This document shows positions 57,637 to 64,000 of a stretch of DNA of 64,000 nucleotides, piece by piece; positions within the stretch are counted from its first letter, which is position 1; each line of letters begins with the position of its first letter. Source of the DNA: Octopus vulgaris (taxonomy: Eukaryota). A program made the position numbers and the translations under genes. The notes under the pieces are model-generated. The model was not told the DNA's origin. It did no database searches and worked only from the letters and a program-made list of their open reading frames with translations. The DNA is taken from positions 101,742,001-101,806,000 of the forward strand of contig OX597814.1 of the NCBI GenBank assembly GCA_951406725.2. The letters are read 5' to 3'.

Positions 57637-58493
57637 TAACAACAAACAAGCTGAGGACAAATATCCGTCAATTCTAAATAATGTACATAACTCCTCGTGT
57701 TTTAAATATAAAACGGTGTGGATTATCAATGAGGTCCACAAAGGGACTTTTCAACTGCTTGGGATATGAAGCTTCCGTTATTACCACTGACATTTTTAAA
57801 TTTGATTTGCGAACTCGTGCATTGAAACAAATTTTGTTTTATATTGGGAGGGTCATTACGATTATAGTAAATACACGCATTGGTTCGATTTTACTTCTTT
57901 ATTATTGGCCAAATGTTTAGTTATTTAACCAACCAACTCATCGATCGTTTGCTTAATCAGTAGCTTAAACAATCATTCAGTTGTTTGTCAAAGTCCTTTC
58001 GCTGAGTTGAGCGAATACTGGTGCAATGTTAAATAACAATTCATTTATTCGATCCTCACCACAAGTTTCCGAAAAACCCTCGTGGGCGTATTTCACAGCA
58101 AGACTAAGTAAATAAGGATATGAGTCCCGTCTGTTTATTTATTGATAGACAGGCAGACAACCTTGACAAATTCCTGTTTTCATAGCAATTAAAACCTTAC
58201 TGGCGCCCTGTAATTTTACTTCTAGTGTCTCACAGAACTATTTATGTTTTCCCTTTCTTAATTCAAAATTAATTCGTTTTTAAGCTACCAACACTTATCC
58301 ACTTTCGTACTTCATCATCAATTAACCGTAGCATATGTATAGGGAAATGTATGAGAATAGTCGACCATTTATAAGTTACTAATGGGTAGTTTACTGCACA
58401 TAGATGTATATTATTTCGGACTTGATTACCTCACACACAACTAACTCACTGTGCTGCACGCGTGTGTATGTGTGTCAGGGGGATATATAAATA

Positions 58494-58574
<81 letters not shown>

Positions 58575-58584
<10 letters not shown>

Positions 58585-58953
58585 GGCAGTTTGTCTGTGT
58601 GTGTTTCTGTGTGTCTGTTTGGTTGTACCCTCACCCTGACCACGGCTTTCAACCGATTCTCATGAAACTTGACACACACATAGCCCAATGTCATAATTCA
58701 AAACTAACGCAGGGAAAATTTTGAAAAGTTCCCCCAGTTCTGAAAAAAATCGATAAATTCGACATGGGGTCGAGAATCAGAAACACAAACCACAGACTGT
58801 CTAGGGGACGCAACTCGACCTTTTTTAACTCTCAAAAAAAATTTACCATCATTTTTTTCGCATTTTTTTGCTATTTTTTGGCTATAACTCTCTAAAAATG
58901 CTTTATAGTTATTTCCCTTACAAACCTGAGCAAAGCCGGGCGATACTGCTAGT
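58575..58953 (+). mobile_element. Helitron-like non-autonomous element
   Basis: (GTCT/GT)-rich 5' part; 3' end gcaaagccgggcgatactgCTAG followed by T. Confidence 0.65.
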
Positions 58954-58966
58954 ATATATATAAATA

Positions 58967-59037
<71 letters not shown>

Positions 59038-59452
59038 TATGTATGTATACGCAAACACATATTAATGTTGCATTTCTAAAACATGTGTGTATGTCACACA
59101 AAAAATAAATATTTTCTCCTCTTGAACTCTATACAACATGTAGAGTAGATAATGTGTATATATATAAAATATATTTATATATATAATTAAGATTCGGTTG
59201 AATTAGGTACTTAAATTGAGGCACCTTTGTTAGGTCGATCTAATTTGCACACCCAAACAATATCAGGTGAATATTGAACTCTCTACAGAAGTGTTTGCAT
59301 TTAATATTCTTGCAGTGTATGCAGGTAATACGACCCAACTTAGTGAAGAGATCCGCTATTGGTTGTTCAGACATGTTCTTTAAATAAAAATACAAAAATA
59401 CTTTCTATAAAATTTCCGAAGAGCAGATTCCAGGATAGGTGAATAAAATATA

Positions 59453-59771
59453 GAGTAACAAAGATGTACAGGTGTCAATTCATTGCATTTGTTTCAAGCG
59501 ACACTTTTAATTGATTAATGAAAACATTACATCATTGCAAAGAAACCGTTTTTCTCAGTCGAAACGGAGCTCAAATATTTACATTTACATATTTCAGCTT
59601 CGTTGGTGATACGAATATATCAAAGCAGTTGGTTTGTCCTTAGTGTTTCAAGTCTATGCAGTCAGCTGACAAAAACGGTTTCTTTGTAATGATGTAATGT
59701 TTTCGTTAACCAATTAAAGTAGTCACTTGAAACGGCCGTAATGAATTGACACCTGTGCATCTTTGTTACTC
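59453..59771. repeat. Inverted repeat with ~105-bp diverged arms
   Basis: 59453-59558 versus 59666-59771. Confidence 0.8.
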
Positions 59772-59786
59772 ATTTACACATACATG

Positions 59787-59844
<58 letters not shown>

Positions 59845-59868
59845 CGTATAAATACACACACATACTCA

Positions 59869-59906
<38 letters not shown>

Positions 59907-60279
59907 TATATATATATATTATATATACAATATCTTAAATGTTAACTGGCAATAACGTAAGCTTCATGGTCCAGGGATGTAATCTGATACGGATTAGGTC
60001 GAGTAGTAGTTCTTTCGTCTCTTTCAGATTGCTTCAGAAGGGCTCGATATGAATCACGACTATAAGATACCCGCTTTTGGTTAAACTGCACCGCAAAATG
60101 TGGGAGTAGTTAGGAATGTAAATCGTAGGAGACAGACACCACACAACCTCACTTTTATAAATATAGATTGCATTTATTTTATCAGTCTCAATCATACACA
60201 CACATGCGTGCACACACACAACAATATATATGTGAAATTAAATATTACACTTTTTGCTTTCAAAATATATGATCGTTCA

Positions 60280-60780
60280 CAGGGCACCGAGCTGGCAGAA
60301 TTTTTAGCACAGCTAGCGAAATGCTTAGTGGTATTTCGTCTGCTGTTACGTTCTGAGTTCAAATTCCGCCGAGGTCGACTTTGCCTTTCGTCCTTTCGGA
60401 GTCGATAAATTAAGTGCTAGTTACGCACTGGGGTCGATCTAATCGACTTAATCCGTCTGCCTGTCCTTGTTTGTCTCCTCTGTGTTTAGCCCCTTGTGGG
60501 TAGTAAGGAAATAGGTATTTCGTCTGCGGCGTGATTGCAGAAACGTTAGCGCGCCGGGCGAAATGCTTTCCAGTATTTCGTCTGCAGTTACGTTCTGAGT
60601 TCAAATTCCGCCTAGGTCGACTTTGCCTTTCATCCTTTCGGAGTCGATAAATTAAGTGCTAGTTACGCACTGGGGTTGATCTAATCGACTTAATCCGTCT
60701 GCCTGTCCTTGTTTGTCTCCTCTGTGTTTAGCCCCTTGTGGGTAGTAAAGAAATAGGTATTTCGTCTGCCGCTACCGTCT
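60280..60780 (+). mobile_element. Two tandem SINE B copies
   Basis: Near-identical units sharing diagnostic variants (aagtgctagttacg). Confidence 0.85.
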
Positions 60781-61057
60781 GAGTGCAATTGAAACAAGTT
60801 CGGAAAATATGCTACAAATATCTATTAAATAAAATTATGGATGTGAAAAATCTCCATTCTCCTTATCATTATTAACATTTTACATATATATATATATATA
60901 TATATATATACTTTAATTTTTTTTTCTTTCGTTTTAGTCCCTTTTTCCTTGCTTACTTTTTTTTGTTTTGTTTATTTTTTGGGTTTTTTTTTTTACACGA
61001 GATCTTGTTTCCTTTTCCAACTAGAGGATAATATATTTTACAAGTCCGCGACACTAG

Positions 61058-61142
<85 letters not shown>

Positions 61143-61345
61143 TGTGAGTGTGCACGTGCGTGTGCCCCCGTATTTTTTAAAATGTCGTAAGGCAACATTA
61201 GGTTTTTGAAGATATCCTCAAACAAGCGATGGCGTTTATTTTTATTTCTTTGTTACTCAAACGTCAAGCATAGACACTGAGGGAGAGTATTTCTTTATAT
61301 ATTTCCAACCATTAGACAAATAGTGTGCTTAACAGAAGACCGTTT

Positions 61346-61780
61346 GGATCTTTTCGGTTTGAACGGCAGTTTTTTCTAGCGGTGTCATATGAAATTGTCA
61401 CCCATAATTTTGACCCTAGTATCGATCTATTGCATTTCAATCTGTTTCAGGGTTAGGGTTAGAGTTAGGGTTAGGGTTAGGGGTGGGGGAAGGGTATCTA
61501 TTTTTCTTCAGAAATGTAAATAAACCCAATCTGTTTCTTAAACGAGGGACATATTCATACGGCACAGAATGTTTTCACCTCAATAGACGTCATTGATTGG
61601 TTGAAATTGCAGAAATTGAAGAAAAACAACAACAAATATCTTACAAACTATAGAATTTTCTCAATAAATCCAAGAGAAAAAAGATGTTTTATAAACACAT
61701 TCTACCAGTATACGAAGTTTAAAAGTGTTTAGTTACGTGGAAATTATTTTTAAAAACTGCCGGTCAAACCGAAAAGATCC
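61346..61780. mobile_element. MITE with ~27-bp TIRs, 8-bp TSD and internal (TTAGGG)n
   Basis: TIR ggatcttttcggtttgaMcggcagtttt; TSD gaccgttt at 61338-61345 and 61781-61788. Confidence 0.9.
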
Positions 61781-62572
61781 GACCGTTTCTTGATTAGCTT
61801 AACCAAGTCGTTCATCATTCATACATTATTTAAATAAAATCAGATGGAAATTTCTGAGTGTGACATGATCAGAAAAATCCTTTAAAACATTTCTTTATAG
61901 CAATCTTCCGATATTCCAAAATAACTGACGTTCCTCTATAAATTCCAAGTAAAAAGTGTCAGTAAACGGTGTCGATTTACAGTTGTAACACGTATAATAC
62001 GTTTCCCGAAGATGTTGTCTCTTCGGAGAAATGTATGTATATCACAATCTTATTTTTCCTCATCATAAAATTTCTAGATTTCATGTTTTTTTAGAGAAGG
62101 GAAAGAGAACTCACCCTGATATGTATTTTGTGAGACATTGTCAGGGTCATAATCGTGTTTCAGGATATAGTTTAACAAGAAATTGTGAGTAATAAATATC
62201 AACGAACGAGTAAACGTAAGACGAGTTCATACGGAATAAGACGAGCAACATATGATTGAAAACTGAACGAACCTGCCTTATTCCCTGAACTATTTTGCTA
62301 AACGATATGTCGTCCATTCTGCACCAGCAATAATATCACGACAATGTACATGAGCTACAACGTATCTCAAAGAATATCTATATAAACAAACGTAATAGAT
62401 AGATTGATGTCATAAATATAAACATGACGTCTGATTGGCAACTATCAATAAGAACACAATTTATTAATTACTATAGTTGCTATGTTTAGCTTCATATTAC
62501 CCCTGATCGAGTAGATTTAGCATCAAAGGCTTTCCATCTGTAATTACCCTACTTTTCTTTTCTTTTTTTTAA

Positions 62573-62973
62573 TCTCTATCTCTCTATATATATAAAGCTG
62601 AAGTTATCTGTGTATGGCAGGTTTGGTAGCCTTCAATTAACACTATCTCCTCCGAGACCCTGCGGCGCAAGTTGACCAAAATTGAGTGTATGATAGAAGA
62701 AGACTTGCTCTTCCTTCCGTAGAAGAAAAAAATTCAAATCGGACCGTGTTAAAACCAAAAATTATTTACATCAAAAAGGTGCTTTTTTTCTTTCAAAATC
62801 CCTATTTTTTACGATTTTTTGACTGCTGTGTCGCCATTTTTCAGTGTATTTCAACCAGATAAATGTTCACTTAAAGAGAATAACAAGCTACATAATGCAA
62901 AAGTTTTACTTTTCAAACATTCCAATTCTAAAGAGTCGAAACAAACCCGAGCAACGCTGGGCGATACTGCTAG
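62573..62973 (+). mobile_element. Helitron-like non-autonomous element
   Basis: A|TC start, CTAG|T end with cccgagcaacgctggg hairpin; 3' end shared with 58575-58953. Confidence 0.7.
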
Positions 62974-63289
62974 TAAACGTAATGTTTTCCAGGCTACGTG
63001 ATTTAATATACGCTATTTCTGTTTGTTTGTTTGTTTGCAACAATAACACTTAATTTGACAATAGCAACAATAACACTTAATTTGACAATAGACTTCACTG
63101 TTTAGTGCAAATTGTTGGTTTCATTTTGTTGGCCAGTATTTCACTGTAACCGACATTGGTGGCTGTAAATCCCTTTCAAGAGTGATGTTCCAGTATAGGC
63201 CCTTTTGAGTCCCAAAAGATGGTTTGCATCGCTTTTCCTGAGGAAGGTTGAGTCTTGAGTTTCTTTTCGCTGACGATTCCGGGTGTTCC

Positions 63290-63740
63290 CACTCCATACT
63301 CTACCTTTTGGATTCTGACTCAAAGTGATGGGGCCAGGTCTCATCAACCGTGACTATTCTCTTCTAAAACGTGTTGTCTTCATTGATGTAGAGATCGAGC
63401 AAGTGTTAACAGCTCCCCACCTGATTGTGCTTATACTCTTCAGTAAGCTCTTTTGGCACTCATCTCGCACAGACTTTACAGAAGCGAAGTGCTTATAGAT
63501 TATTTCATTTGCGGAGCCCTGACTTATTTTCAGAGAACATGCCACCTCGTTGATGGTTACTCTTCGGTTTGACAGAACCATCTGTCGAGCTTGCTTACTC
63601 TTCACATCAGTGGTGAAGGTTGATACACGCCCTCCCTGTTCGTGTATCATGCATGTTTAAACCTCTCGTGTATCCCGCTTTTTAAACCTCTCTATCCACT
63701 CATATAGACTTCTTCACAGTAGAGCGCTGTCTCCGTTTGT
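63290..63740 (-). mobile_element. mariner transposase fragment
   Basis: GRVSTFTT...VLSNRRVTINEVACSLKISQGS..EII followed by a KVCAR*VPK (WVP motif) remnant. Confidence 0.75.
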
Positions 63741-63759
63741 AATGAAATGGTTAGTCCAC

Positions 63760-63990
63760 TTTACTCAGTAAGGAGCTTAAGGCCGGTTTCCCAGAGTCTC
63801 TGTCGTATACATTCCTCCCTGGATAGGATGCTGAACAGTCGCTGATATACTCATTTTTACCAGCTGAATGAACTGGAGCAATGTGAAATGAAATGTTTTG
63901 CTCAAAACAACACACCACCCGGTCCCGGAATCGAAACCACCATCTTACAATCATCAGACCACCACTCTAACCACTAAGCTATACACCACC
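63760..63990 (-). mobile_element. SINE family C-related copy
   Basis: cagctgaatgaactggagcaa and a tRNA-like head at the right end. Confidence 0.65.
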
Positions 63991-64000
63991 ACATTGAACT

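Overview
AT-rich, repeat-dominated eukaryotic DNA. The SINE families and the very dense (TA)n/(TATG)n/(TAGA)n microsatellites suggest an octopus (coleoid cephalopod) genome; this is an inference. Almost every ORF in the supplied track is microsatellite noise. By splice sites and phase I assembled one host gene on the minus strand from 5 coding exons (48925-48990, 34348-34416, 30331-30422, 30108-30207, 24469-24699). It encodes a 185-aa partial protein that resembles, by recall, the DUF4476/PROSER1 N-terminal helical domain; its first exon was not confidently found. The rest is transposon-derived: three tRNA-SINE families, several Penelope-like (RT/GIY-YIG) relics, a 5'-truncated Tx1/L1-clade LINE inside (TAGA)n, CR1-type fragments, Tc1/mariner relics, an 8-bp-TSD MITE, Helitron-like elements, a 45-bp minisatellite and a 0.9-kb GC-rich triplet tract. 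Most notable: (1) many minimal hammerhead-ribozyme-like motifs, two with compensatory U3:A8 and A3:U8 cores; (2) a near-perfect 2-kb Penelope palindrome inside an intron; (3) a SINE whose 3' tail matches that of the microsatellite-embedded Tx1-like LINE. All family assignments are by eye, without database searches.
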